A stretch of DNA of 37,548 nt from Octopus bimaculoides (taxonomy: Eukaryota): assembly GCF_001194135.2 (NCBI RefSeq), contig NC_068981.1:114924394-114961941 (forward strand), written 5' to 3'. Below are positions 11,590-23,790 of the stretch, one piece after another. Position 1 is the stretch's first letter; every line of letters starts with the position of its first letter. Under the pieces are notes generated by a model that ran no database searches, had not been told where the DNA came from, and worked only from the letters and a program-made list of their open reading frames with translations. The position numbers and the translations under genes are program-made.

Positions 11590-12300
11590 AATTTTAAAAT
11601 CCAATGATGGGAGGTGCTACAGTATAAATATTGCTACACTCAGTGAGAACAGGCTGTTAGAAGGGGGCTCTCTAAAGTTGACAGGAACTATACCTTCTGA
11701 ACAGGTTACCCCAAGGGTGAACATTAAAAACAGTATTGGCTTTCCTCTGAAAAATAGTTTGCATTCAAAATTGATTGAGGCACCAATTGTTATGAGCAAA
11801 TAGATAATGTCACTTTGTTTTTTTCCTTCCATAGATACTTCTTGTCACATTACTGGGTGTTTGTGCACCAACTTTGTTATCTAATATCATTTATTGAATC
11901 CAATACTGACTAAAATGCCCAGACAAGACAAAGTTATTTGATGGATGGTTTGAATAAATCAAAAGAAAAAAACAAAGAAAAACTGGGAGAGATTGGGAAT
12001 CATGGTATTGTGAAAACTAACAGCAACAACATCAGACTTATTTCACTGAGTGCAGAGGGGGGAAGTCTTACTATTAGCAACATGATCGTGGTTAGTGTGG
12101 AGATTTTAAAGATCAGCTCAACTGTACAGCAGGAGGAGCTGAGCATCGTACAGGTTGTTCAAAACCAAGACTCTCAACTGCTACAAACTCAACAGTTGTG
12201 ATATTTGCAAAAACATTCATTATTCCCTAGTTTCCAAGGAATTCATCAGCTTAGAAGTTGGCATGGAAGACAAAAAACAGTCTGCTTTGAATTCTACACA
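11590..12300 (+). mobile_element. RTE-clade LINE, degraded APE endonuclease region
   Basis: INIATLSENRLLEGGSLK, YTF*TGYP, IGFPLKNSL and GNHGIVKTNSN.IRLISL follow the RTE endonuclease pattern, with stops and frameshifts. Confidence 0.7.
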
Positions 12301-13076
12301 TTATTAAGTTACTGTTGAAGAAAAAACATCAACATTGGTGGTTTGATGAGATCTCTGTTCCACAGGCTCCTGAATGATATTTAAAAGGTTCACAAAATAA
12401 CTCTTAGATAACTATCAGGTGACACTCCTAAAAAAGCAGTAATTGACTTTTTAAAGTGAGGTTCAGTTAATTTTTATACGCTGCCTATTGAAAGGTGGAT
12501 TGGAAAAGCTCAGAGTTCATGCAGACGGGTTTGACATGCACGCTTTCTATGATGGTACCAGGAATTGTTCCATAGCCAGTCAAATGATCAGATAGCATAT
12601 TGCTACAGAAGAAAAAAAAAAAAGAAAAGAAATAGTGACAACAATAGTAGAGTGCTGGAGAGAACACTAGCTGCTAAACTCGCCTAAACCAGTGGGTCCA
12701 GCAGTAATGAAGGGAGTTTGTGAAATGCCTGTCATTCACCACCTTTTACTATGCTAGTGTTGCCACTAAGATGTTTAAAAATGGGAAATATGAACTGGAC
12801 ATTATTCTAATTGAAATCTTGAAGGAATGCAATCACCTGTATATGGGAATGCTTCATTATTAAATCTCTGAATTGTGAGTCTATATCTCAACAAACATCC
12901 TTACTAATATAAAAACAAGGAAGAAAAATATATTTGTTCCAACAGTAGAGATATACAACTTTTGTGTATTGGTGGGAAGACTGGTCAATACTTATCTAAC
13001 AATGCAATGTTGAGCACTCATTCTCACTGTTTGATATTAACTTGTGTATGTATATATATATATTATATATATATTT

Positions 13077-13530
13077 CATCATCATCACCATCGTCACCAT
13101 CATTATTTAATCTCTGCTTTCCATGCTGACATCGGTTGGACAATTTGACAGGAGCTAGCAGGCTCCAGTTGTCTGTTTTGGCATGGTTTTTACAGCTGGA
13201 TGCCCTTCCTAACACCAACCACTCCACAGAATGGACAGTGCTTTTATGTGGCATCGGCACAGGCAAGGTCAGTTGTGGTATGGTTTTGTAGTTGAGTGCC
13301 CTTGCAAATGCTAACCACTTTGTGTGGACTGGATGCTTTTTTATGTGACAACAGCATTAGCAGGGTCACTAAGTAACTTGCAAAACAAAGATCCTTTGAG
13401 AGGGAATGTGGCATTGGAGGCAATCTTGTACCAAATGATGAAAGGTTAAAGTGTGACAGTGACACAAAAACAGGTGCCTTACTGTGGAGGAGATACAGAG
13501 CTAACTGGTCAGAGAGAGAAAGAGAGAGAG
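13077..13530 (-). mobile_element. Non-autonomous retroposon family C with (GAT)n tail
   Basis: Shares CATCATC..TTTAA..TC.GCTTTCCATGCT and TACAGCTGGATGCCCTTCCTAAC with 15283, 17195 and 37170. Confidence 0.8.
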
Positions 13531-13562
13531 AGAAGGAGTGATCAAGTTTGAAACTAGTAACA

Positions 13563-13565
<3 letters not shown>

Positions 13566-13610
<45 letters not shown>
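13566..13610. repeat. (TA)n microsatellite
   Basis: Pure TA run; others near 13925, 14750 and 27205. Confidence 0.97.
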
Positions 13611-13613
<3 letters not shown>

Positions 13614-13699
13614 TTAGGCATTGTGATACTAATAACCTGGTGCAGAACTCAATGTATGTATCCCTCTGAACAAAGTGTTAGTCAAGTACAGAGCAGTAG

Positions 13700-13919
13700 T
13701 AAGGAAAGAGATGACAAACGAACAAACAATTATCTCACAAACCCGACTAGTTCACAGCTTCTATTATAAGATGTGGTGAAGTGCACTTCATGTTTAAAGT
13801 TCAAATGAAACTGTAAGTTATTATTCAGGCACTCAACTCAGTCCACCACATCTTATAGTGAAAAAAGCTGTAAGCTAATGAGGCTCATAATATAATCATT
13901 TCTTTGTCATCTCTTTTCT

Positions 13920-13921
<2 letters not shown>
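13700..13921. mobile_element. Small foldback/MITE-like element
   Basis: TAAGGAAAGAGATGACAAA is inverted to TTTGTCATCTCTTTTCTTA (1 mismatch). Inner inverted pair TATAAGATGTGGTG / CACCACATCTTATA. Confidence 0.6.
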
Positions 13922-13966
<45 letters not shown>

Positions 13967-13967
13967 C

Positions 13968-14600
13968 GAATAGTGGTACAACAATGCACCAATATTTACT
14001 GGAAATAGCAGTCAATAATATATGACACTATAGTAAAGATTCACTGTGTATATACTGGCAAAGATGTTTGCAGGCAGCAAACATAAAAAATTTCATCTTA
14101 CGTGTAGGAAGAACATTAGATAAATGTACAACCCAGATGTGGATAACCTAGGACCTAGGTTCTCAACTCTCCAAAATACACTTGTCAATGTAAATTTAAT
14201 TAACTCTTTTCAACTAGATTCACCAGACAAAATTTTGAATGTTGCTACATCAGTGCTAGTATATTTGCCTGAATACCTGAGCCATTAATAGAATCGAGAA
14301 CAGTAAAAACGTTTTCAAAGAAAAAATTATTAAATAGTGCAACACAATAGAATTGCTATCCAGTAAAACAAAGCACCATAAGGTTAAATTATTTTAGAAA
14401 GTTTGAAACCTAGGTTCTAGATTATCCACATCTGGGTTGTACGTTTATCTAATGTTCTTCCTAAAGGTAAGACAAAATTTTTTATATTTGCCGCCCACAA
14501 ACATCTTTGCCAGTATATACACAGTAAAGCTTTACTATAGTGTTGTATATTATCGACTACTATTTCCAGTAAATATTGGTGCATTGTTGTACCACTATTC
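13968..14600. mobile_element. MITE with ~200-bp TIRs, superfamily unresolved
   Basis: Arms 13968-14167 and 14401-14600 are inverted copies (GAATAGTGGTACAACAATGCACCAATATTTACTGGAAATAG ... CTATTTCCAGTAAATATTGGTGCATTGTTGTACCACTATTC). Confidence 0.85.
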
Positions 14601-15082
14601 TATATTCATATTTTAACCTTATGGTGCTTTGTTTTACTGGATAGCAATACTATATATANNNNNNNNNNNNNNNNNNNNNNNNNNNNNNNNNNNNNNNNNN
14701 NNNNNNNNNNNNNNNNNNNNNNNNNNNNNNNNNNNNNNNNNNNNNNATATATAGATATACAGATATATATATAGATATATATATATAGATATATATATAT
14801 AGATATATATCTATATATGTATGTATACATACGCACACACATATATACATATATATATATATGTTATAAGTTAGAACAAATAGTAAGTTGTTATTACAGT
14901 ACTCAGAGTTTCAAATGTTGGACTGAAGAGCTATGATGCATTCTCGGCGGCTATTAATAGCAGTAGACGTTATGATAAAAACCATTGAATAGAAGGGAAG
15001 TTACTCTAACAGGTAGAATAAGAAAAAAGATAAAAAATACAAGCAACCATATTCTCACATATACATACATACATTATATAAT

Positions 15083-15280
15083 GAGTGCAAACATGGCTGT
15101 GTGGCAAGAAGTTTGCCTCCTAACCACATGGTTCTAAGTTCAGTTGTACTGTGTGGGATCTTGGGCATCTTTTCTAAACTGAGGCTAACCAAAGCCTTGT
15201 GTGTGTCTTTATATTTATGTCTGTCCCTCACCACCACTTGACAACCGGTGTTGGTCTGTTTACATCCCCATAACTTAGTG
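15083..15280 (+). mobile_element. SINE family B copy, interrupted by family C
   Basis: Head CATGGCTGTGTGGCAAGAAGTTTGC..CC.AACCACATGGTTC is shared with 23385 and 25715. Confidence 0.8.
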
Positions 15281-15282
15281 AT

Positions 15283-15720
15283 ATCATCATCATCATCGTT
15301 TAACGACCGTTTTCTATGCTGGCATGGGTTGGACGGTTTGACTGGGGACTGGCAAGCCAGGAGGCCACACCAGTTTCCAATCTGATTTGGCAGTGTTTCT
15401 ACAGCTGGATGCCCTTCCTAACACCAACCACTCAAAGAATGTAGTGGGTGCTTTTTACATGCCACCGGCACGGGAGCCAGTCAGGCAGCACTGGCATCAG
15501 CCACATTCTGATGGTGCTTTTTATGTGCTACCGGCACAGGAACCAGTTGGGGCAGGGAGGATGGATTTGACCATGTTCTGATAGTGCCTTTTACGTGCCA
15601 CCGGCACAGGGAACCAGTCAGGCGGCACTGGCAACGATTCACACATGCATGGTGCTTACTGCATGCCACCAGCATGGAAGCTAGTCGGGTGGCACTGGCA
15701 TCGGCCACAACTACAATTCC
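15283..15720 (-). mobile_element. Retroposon family C with four internal ~70-bp repeats
   Basis: Same end as the 13077 and 37170 copies. Repeated units TGCCACCGGCAC..G.A.CCAGT..GG.GGCACTGGCA. Confidence 0.8.
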
Positions 15721-15805
15721 ATTTGTGATTTGATTTGATTTTGATTTTACTTGATTCAATAGGTCTTCTCAAGCACAGAATGTCATCCCACAGTTCAAAG
15801 GTACT

Positions 15806-15838
<33 letters not shown>

Positions 15839-16529
15839 AAGGTGTGTGGCCCCATGCTTAGGGTGTGGCACTCATGATCACAAGATAAATTTTGATTCGC
15901 CACCGAGCAATGTATTTTATTCTTGAACAAAATACTTTATTTTATATTGTTGTCTACTCAGCTGTAAATGGATAACCCTGTGACAGACTGGTATTCCATT
16001 TAGAGGGAACATTGACCTGCTTGTCTACAACAATGCAAGACCCAGTGGTGTATAACAACAGCCAATAGTCAGATCGATATAGTTATACATAACACACACT
16101 CACATACAAATATGTGTGTGTGTGTGTGGCTGCATTATATGCCTGCCTTTGTGGTGAGATTGAAGAAGATATGCAATAAATAGAATATGAGTTGAATATG
16201 ATTGTTGTGATCATTTGGTGTCACTGGATAAATAAATTCAGCTCTTTCTATTTCATTCAAGTAATATCAAATTCATCAAACTCAGAGAACCTGGAAATGC
16301 TACAGGCTATGTTTTTGCTTGTAGAATAGATGCAAGTGGCAAATGCATTTCAGATGGTTGATATTCCAATATGAAATATTGATTTAAATGTTTAGTGTAG
16401 TGTCTTTGAGTGATGATGCAGTAACTATGATGAAGAAATCCAGAATTGGTGAACCTGATTTTGTTGAGCATGCAGCAAATACTCTAGTAAAAAGAAAGTA
16501 CAAGAAACAATGAACAAAAAAATGTTGGT

Positions 16530-16672
16530 GAAAAAAAATTGGTGAAAAAATGTTTTTTAATTTATGACTTTTTCACCACCCACCCCCATACACAGTGCCT
16601 CTTTTTTTGCAATATGCCCTCCAAAACAATGAGAGTTGTGGATTATGACACCCACATAAGTTTTTATGAAAA
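16530..16672 (+). repeat. Dispersed repeat family D
   Basis: GGTGAAAAAATGTTTTTTAATTTATGACTTTTTCACCACCCACCCCCAT...GCAATATGCCCTCCAAAACAATG also occurs at ~27435. Inverted copy near 33783-33980. Confidence 0.8.
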
Positions 16673-17099
16673 ACCTAGCCTGTACATGGTCATTGTATTA
16701 TGATGTAAAGAAAATGAAGATATTATTTTAAACAGTTGTTTTTTGTCATAATAGATGGAAAGAGAAAAGAGGGGAAAGGGTGCAATTAATAGGAAAAAAA
16801 CATGCCAACAGTACTGGACAAGAAGCAGAATTAGTGGTTTTGAACAAACAAGAGAAAAGGAACTGTTGTTAGAAATACAGAGACAGAATTGTGGAAGAAT
16901 TTCTAATACATGTATCAGTGTTGGGAATTGTGCGAGAGATGAGTGAATACATTTGTGCACATGTGTAATAGTGAGAAATTATGTATGATGTATTAATACG
17001 TGGGGCATTAACATGATACAATAGTATATTAACTTAAAAATACTAGGAAATATTGATATATGGAAAATATATCAATATCACCTAGTATTAGGTAATATT

Positions 17100-17330
17100 G
17101 GTTTCAAGGCCTGCAAGTTCAGGGGAGTGGGTGAGTCAATTACATCACCCCCAGTGCCCAACTGTTGACTCCGAAAGAATGAAAGGCAAAGTCAACATCA
17201 TTCTCATTATTTAACGTCCGCTTTCCATGCTGGCATGGGTTGGACGGTTTGACTGAGGACTCTTGGTGGAATTTGAACTCAAAACATAATGATGGCTGAA
17301 ATGTTGCTAATGATTCTGCCAACTCACTGC
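17100..17330 (-). mobile_element. tRNA-SINE (same family as 2715) with a nested ~65-bp family C fragment
   Basis: GAAAG.ATGAAAGGCAAAGTCAAC and GGAATTTGAACTC are separated by TTTAACGTCCGCTTTCCATGCTGGCATGGGTTGGACGG (~17195-17260). Confidence 0.7.
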
Positions 17331-20030
17331 CTTAGTATTAGATAATATATGGAAATATTAGGTGATAAATGGAAATACAAGGTAATATTGATATATGGTA
17401 AAAAAAAGATTTCATGAGAGATGTGGAGTGGTTTAGTTAGAGATGATACACAGCTGGCTAGCATAGAACTGAACCATTGTCAAGGTATTAGAAGAGATGG
17501 AGAAGAATCCACAGCTCTGTGTACTAGCAACAGTAGAGTGGAGTGAGTAAATTATTGTGAATCAGACAATCTTTTGTATACATGCAGTCCAGAATGTATG
17601 CATAACAGCACTACCATCACATACAAGATGATAAAGGATTAGAACAAGTATTAAGAAACTGTATAGCATTGTACCTAACCTTTTATCTTCTTGTCTTTAA
17701 GACACACTATCAGGAAATTTGATCTATTTCTTTTCACAGTTATCTTCCATTGTCAGAATCGTTTTCAAACAACATCCATGATCATTCTTTCTACTATTTA
17801 CCCTCTTAGGATTATTTTTATGAAATAGTGATAATGCCTAAAGAACACGTTAATCTTGCCAAGCTCATGACAGTCATTTTAGTGTTGATGTCACAATAAA
17901 CTGCATCCAGTACATCCTATAAAGTGGTTGATTCAGGAAGAGCATCTAACCATAGAAACTATGCCAAAAATTAAAATGTATGAGCAAACGTGTGGCCCTC
18001 CTACCTGTCAAGGAAGGATAGGAACTTGGAATAAGAACTGGCTGTGAGGTATCGAAACCATGCCAGTATAAAAATAGGCAAAATGATGACTTCATACAGA
18101 CTACCTTTCACCAAGAGAGAAATTCTTTGTTGTGAGGAAAGACAAGAGCATTATTGATGTTGTATTGATCTATAACAAATCTGACAAGAAATACAACTTG
18201 ATACATCTGCTAGACACCATATAATTATTAGAATGACTGGTCATCCACCATTAATAATATGCCTGGCCAGCTTAAGAAAAGGAATAATTAAAGCACTTTG
18301 CTTCATAAACCTCTAGATGTGGGTGATAGTTTGAATAACTGTGTATCACTGCCAAAAAGAAAAACAAAAAAACAAAAGCTTTTCTTTCATCCTTTCATGG
18401 TCATTAAAATAGTTAACTTAATCAACTTAACCACTTCCCTGAAATTGCTGGTCTTGCACCAAAATTTGTTTATAGGATATCATGTACCACATGACCTACA
18501 CTGGGTGATTATACCACTATGGGTAACTTTTGTCTTAAAAGTATATATTTGTCAGCCTGGCAGAATTCATTCCTCTTCCTGCTTTATTCATGGCAAGTTA
18601 ATAAGATCAAAAATCAAGTACACAATGATCATGTTCTTCACAACAACCAAACAGTAACTATTTACAGAAATGTGAAGTGAACTGCATAAAATAAAATGCC
18701 TTTATTAAGAAAACAAGACATATCTAATGATGTGAACTTCTGATCTTTTGGTTGTAAATGAATATCTCATTCTTGACCAAGTGGTACCACCGGGAGTTTG
18801 GACTTCTTTAAAACCTAAAGGCAGAATATATGTGAACATCTATTATTGTACAAAGATATACATTACAAAAAATAATTGTAGTCAGGGGTTTCTAAGTTAC
18901 CATCAGTCTGAATAATTATAAAATTGTTTCAATGTTTATTGAACAATTGTCATGGGTCAATCATGATGTGAAATTCAGTCCATTTAACCAGTAAGCAGAC
19001 CCTTTATGCAGAAAGTGATCGCAATTAAACAATAGGAGACCGAGAAGGATGAAATAAATTCTAGCTAGCAACAAAAAGTTTCTTTCCCGGCACAGAATAA
19101 ATTCTATGATGAATGTATTAAGCACGATACTGCAGGGACTGAAGGACGAGTAGAACATAAGTTACATGAGAGTACCTTTTAGTTGAAGCAGTGTTTATGT
19201 AGTGGCTTTTTTCTCTTTTGTAATGAGACAGGGAAGCGGGGGGGAAAAACGCTGTTGACAAAAGCAACTGACTCGATCGATTCACCAATCCATCCCGTTT
19301 CCATTCCATAATTTCTCAAGTTTTGTTGTGAATCTACAGTACGAAGTGTCGTTCTGAGGATCTTATAAATACAGAAACATAACTATACTCTCATTTTTTC
19401 AACATGTTTCGGCTTTTGTATGTTTACTTAATATGACCTTCGTCCCATTACTCTAAACTGCTATCTACATCTTCATGCCATACACAAACCAATGTTTACA
19501 CTATACAAACGCATTCAAAGTAAGAAAATAAAAGCCTTCAATGTTTTTAAATGTCAATAACGTAAAAACTTACAAAACACGACACTGCTTTTTTTTTCAA
19601 ATAAAATAAAGATCCAGATAGAAAAGCCCCAATGAAAAGTTGCTATATTTTTAGTTTCATGAAAAGTTTAATACAAAAAGAAAAATATTTAAATTAATTT
19701 TGATTTCATTCTTAAGCACCATGGACTTAACATTTCTGAGTCCTGAGGGATGGGGGTGTTAGTCGTTTACAAAAACTAATTATATACAATAACAGCTAAC
19801 ATATTAAACACAGCATGACAATGATTACATGTAATACATTTACATCTAATTTATCGATTCAATAAATAAAATATACGCATAATGTCGTGACTGTTCAATG
19901 TATTTATATGGTAAACGCATGTAAATATATTTGTATGTGTGTGAATTGTTATGCATCATAAAAGAAAAAGGATGCATGCATCAGATGCAGAGATTTACGA
20001 ACACGAAGAAAGAAGTCAGTTTAGTTCAAA

Positions 20031-20441
20031 TCAAAACGAAAAGCCCATTAGAAAACCACCAGCAAACATCGACGCAAATACAATATTATTTTTGAAAAGG
20101 GCTTCGGTTGTCGATACAAAGCTAGGGCAAGTTTTCTTGGTTTCTTTCATAATAGATCGACCAGCCTTCTGAATGCTGTCTTCAATTTTATTCCAGTTGA
20201 ATTTTACATAATCCTGGTGATGAGCAACTTGTAAAAGCAAGATTGTAGTCCCCATAGTTGCTGCAGCAATTTTGCCAGCTTTTGAAATCAGCATTCCCGT
20301 ACACCAGCCTGTAACTCCTCCAACGAGACTCTGTTTAGTGGCAGACATTCCAATTACGTCTTGAAAAACATCTTTGATCCATTGATGTTCTGGAACGTAT
20401 CGAATGATATCCATTTGTTCGTGTTCTCCGATTTCATCCAT
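20031..20441 (-). CDS. FUNDC1: FUN14 domain-containing protein (FUNDC1/2-like outer mitochondrial membrane protein), single coding exon
   Basis: 136-aa intact ORF. SATKQSLVGGVTGWCTGMLISKAGKIAAATMG..ILLLQVAHHQDYVKFNWNKIE and FKNNIVFASMFAGGFLMG align by eye with FUNDC1 (GGVTGWCAGFL..KVGK.AA..VGGGFLLLQIA.H.GY..IDW.RVE; FIKQNIV.SSGF.GGFLLG). Orthology versus paralogy not determined. Confidence 0.92.
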   Translation of the reverse strand: MDEIGEHEQMDIIRYVPEHQWIKDVFQDVIGMSATKQSLVGGVTGWCTGMLISKAGKIAAATMGTTILLLQVAHHQDYVKFNWNKIEDSIQKAGRSIMKETKKTCPSFVSTTEALFKNNIVFASMFAGGFLMGFSF

Positions 20442-20764
20442 TTTTCTGATAAATAATAAACTTAGCTTATTTATTTTGTGACGTAATGTATATATTTTCT
20501 GTATTCAAGGATATTGTTGGCTTAACTGGGAAAATTAATGATCGAAAGAATCCAACAGATTTTCTCGACGGGTCGCTTCGAGCAATTAACCCAGACTATT
20601 CAAGGGAAATAATCATTCCTCACTTCCTGTCAAATAACTCGACAATGTTATCTTTCACTGAATTAATTTACCTCAACTTCACTGTCATATCTTACTAACA
20701 AATCGTTTGCTTAATTATTGTGAGTGTCTTTAGGCAAATGCCTGTTTCAAAATATAATTTTTTC

Positions 20765-21203
20765 GGTCCAGATGGACTATATGTAATCTGAAACTTTCCC
20801 CCCTTGTTTTATTTATTTTTTTTACGGAATCCCACGTTTTAGGCTATGGAGATTCCGATTCTGAAAAAAGATTTTCAAAAATCTCAATTTCAAAATTTCG
20901 ATTCCTCCCCCCCCCACACCGGTTTTTATATAGATCCACAGGGTAAACCTAACCCTAACTCAAACCCTAACCCTAACCCTAACCCTGACCGTAACCCTAA
21001 CCCTAACCCTAACACTAGTTTTGTGAGATTTGGCTGTTATTTCTAGCATGTAAATAGCCTGCTTGGTGGTGGGGGGAATTGAAATTTTTCAAAATTTTTT
21101 TTTTCAGAATCGTAATCTCCATAGCCTAAAACATGGGATTCCGTAAAAAAAATTAATAAATTAGGTGGGGAAAGGTTCAGATTACATATAGTCCATCTCT
21201 ACC
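20765..21203. mobile_element. Merlin-type MITE with long TIRs and a (CCCTAA)n core
   Basis: GGT...ACC ends, imperfect TIRs of more than 100 bp, and a perfect 8-bp TSD ATTTTTTC (20757-20764 / 21204-21211). Confidence 0.85.
20946..21013. repeat. Interstitial (CCCTAA)n telomere-type array, about 11 units with variants
   Basis: CCTAACCCTAACTCAAACCCTAACCCTAACCCTAACCCTGACCGTAACCCTAACCCTAACCCTAAC. Confidence 0.92.
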
Positions 21204-23384
21204 ATTTTTTCTTTACAAATTTGTATGTTTGATAACAGAAATTATGAATTGTCCGAGTCATAAAAACATAAACTACAGAGTCAGCGTTCAAAACCAACTG
21301 AAGTCAGCTTTATTTTCCATCTTTATTGGGCAAAAAAAGAAAAAAAAAATACTCAGTATTTATTAAACATTGGAATAAATTTATAATTTTATGATGTTTC
21401 CTAGATGTGAATGGAATTATAGAAGACACTTGAATTTATATATAGTCTAACATATAAAGACACTGAGTTAAAGATTTACAAAAGGATTAAAAAGAAATTG
21501 TTACTTTTTATTTTGATAGGCATTAACAGCGTCTACGGAGTAAAAAATCTTTAACGTTATTTAGTATTGTTTTTAAACATTTCTCTTCCCAACTAATTTG
21601 GTATTGAAGGTATTGTTGAATTAGTTTAAAAGTGCCTTAAAGGGCAGAAATACATATAATGTGTAACTCTTATTTGAGCTGATGGTAAAGAAAGAATTGT
21701 ATACTGACTTAAAATGATTGCTTTATGAGTCAATGTACAACCAAAGTTAATTTACGTGTTCAGCAAGGAAATAAAAAGTGAGCAAATTAAAGATGACTTC
21801 ATTACGAAATTGTATATTTTAGTGTAGGACCATCAGGATTACAAGCCAAAGGGCTTCGAGACAGAATTATATTCGATTTCTCCTAGCAGGAAATCAGTCA
21901 GTTTGAACAATCATGGGTATCTGCAAGAACACTTTTAGCTGAATGGTACAATATACAAAACTCTCACCTTTAAGGTGGACATCTAATGAAATCATATAAT
22001 TTGGACTGTCAAACAAAAATTTGCTCAAGCATTAGAGTTTTGATGCTATTTCAACACTAACAAGTTACCTAAAACTAGTGAGTCAGCAGTCATACTATAT
22101 GAGTGAAAACTGCTGAGAAATGATGGGACCAAATGCATACACATTTGCCCAGCATGTGGTAAGACATGTAAAAGCCAACAAATTGCTTCTTCACAGTCAC
22201 TCAGCCTGCTAGAAATAGCAGTAAAGTCAACCTCAAATCACTTTGGATAATGGAGCTTCAGATACACCATGTTGGGGAAAAAAGTAAGAACGGTAAAAGC
22301 CAGAATGCTTTTGAATATTGGCTTGCTCAGTGTTGACCAGAGACTAAACAATAACAACAGCAACCTTTAAGTGATGCAAATGTAATAATTCTTTTATAAA
22401 ATTCATGGAAGTCTCCACACCAAACACAAAATATTATCTGTTTTCAACCTTATGGGATCTTTTTCATAAATCCCATTACTGTATTAATATTGGCAAGAAG
22501 CTAACTATTATCTATCTTTCTTATCATTTTACTTGTTTCAGTCATTAGATTGCAGCCATGTTGGGACACCAGCTTGAAACATGATAATAACTAAGCATTT
22601 ATATCACCTGTAAAATGTATACTTGATACAGTTTCATTTTAATTACCACAATTAATTACCTGATACATCTATTGAGTTCATAAATGGATTATTAGATAAT
22701 ACAGGTTCTCTCCTTATTTATGAAAGACAAAAGTCAGAAAAGATACCAGAAAATTGTCACTGCTTTTCTCATTACTGGCTGTAATGGTAAACTCATGCCA
22801 CCAATTCTCAGGCTATCACCACATTTAATAACTAGTTCAATAAAATTAATTGACTTCTATTTCATCTGTGAGCTGGGTAAATTGACTACCTCTAATCTTT
22901 CCTTTTGCACTCCATCACTGCTACTGTGTCTCAACTCCGAGATCCTGCATTTAATATATTTCCCTTCTCTCTCTTACAGAATACTCCTACCTATGGAATT
23001 CCACAACCCAATTGATCTTTAGATATTCAAACTGAACATCATCCACATCAGTCTCACCAGTTTAAAAAGGCCTACAAAAGTCATGGACATAGCCCACCTC
23101 CTTTGACTCACTTATAAGAAAAGGTGTCATTGTTGATGATATATTTATGTAAGGTAATACACAGACTGACAAAAACAGCTAGCAGAAAGTTTGAGAGTAA
23201 CTTGAAAATAAACATAAAGCTCAGTGATGGTTAACTTAATATAAGTGAAACTTTGATTGAATATTTTTTTCACCATATGTTTTGTCCAACCACCAAAGTG
23301 GATGCTCTCCTCAGCAGAGATATGAAACTCACATGAAAACTGTAACAAACAAGAAAATGGTATTTAGTGTGATAAATTACTTAT

Positions 23385-23790
23385 CTTTTATCTTCTATTT
23401 TTTACTTGTTTCAGTCATTAGACTGTGGCCATACTGGGGTATCACCTTGAAGAATTTTTAGTTGGATGGATCAACCCCAGGACTTATCTTTTTTAAGCCT
23501 GGTACTTATTCTATAGATCGCTATTGCTGCTAAACCACTAAGTTACAGGGACATAAACACACCAACACCAGTTGTTGCGCAGTGGTAGGGAACAAACACT
23601 GATACAAAGACACATACATATATGTATGCAACAGGCTTCTTTCAGTTTCTGTCTGCCAAATCCATTTACAAGGCTATGGTCAGCCTGGGGCTACAGTAGA
23701 AGACACTTGCCCATAATGCCATGCAGTGTGACTGATCATGAACCATGTGGTTGGGAAGCAAACTTCTTACCACACAGCCATGCCTGCACC
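23385..23790 (-). mobile_element. SINE family B copy, near full length
   Basis: Minus strand GGTGCAGGCATGGCTGTGTGGTAAGAAGTTTGCTTCCCAACCACATGG... through to a TGAAACAAGTAAAA-type 3' end. Confidence 0.8.

Noticed and set aside
13244-14850. ORFs rich in YIYIYI
   Set aside because: Translations of (TA)n microsatellites and N gaps.
15455-15715. Hammerhead ribozyme in the family C repeats
   Set aside because: No CTGANGA...GAAA core found on either strand by eye.
16260-16510. Short coding-looking frames (KFIKLREPG..., SLSDDAVTMMKK...)
   Set aside because: Interrupted by stops, no clear splice context, no family recognised; possibly a decayed transposon.
19951-20172. Plus-strand 73-aa ORF overlapping FUNDC
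   Set aside because: Antisense shadow of the real CDS with no recognisable features.
20946-21013. True telomere or chromosome-fusion site
   Set aside because: Short, single orientation, and enclosed by TIRs and an 8-bp TSD.
20846-21046. ORF with NPNPNP repeats
   Set aside because: Translation of the (CCCTAA)n array inside a MITE.
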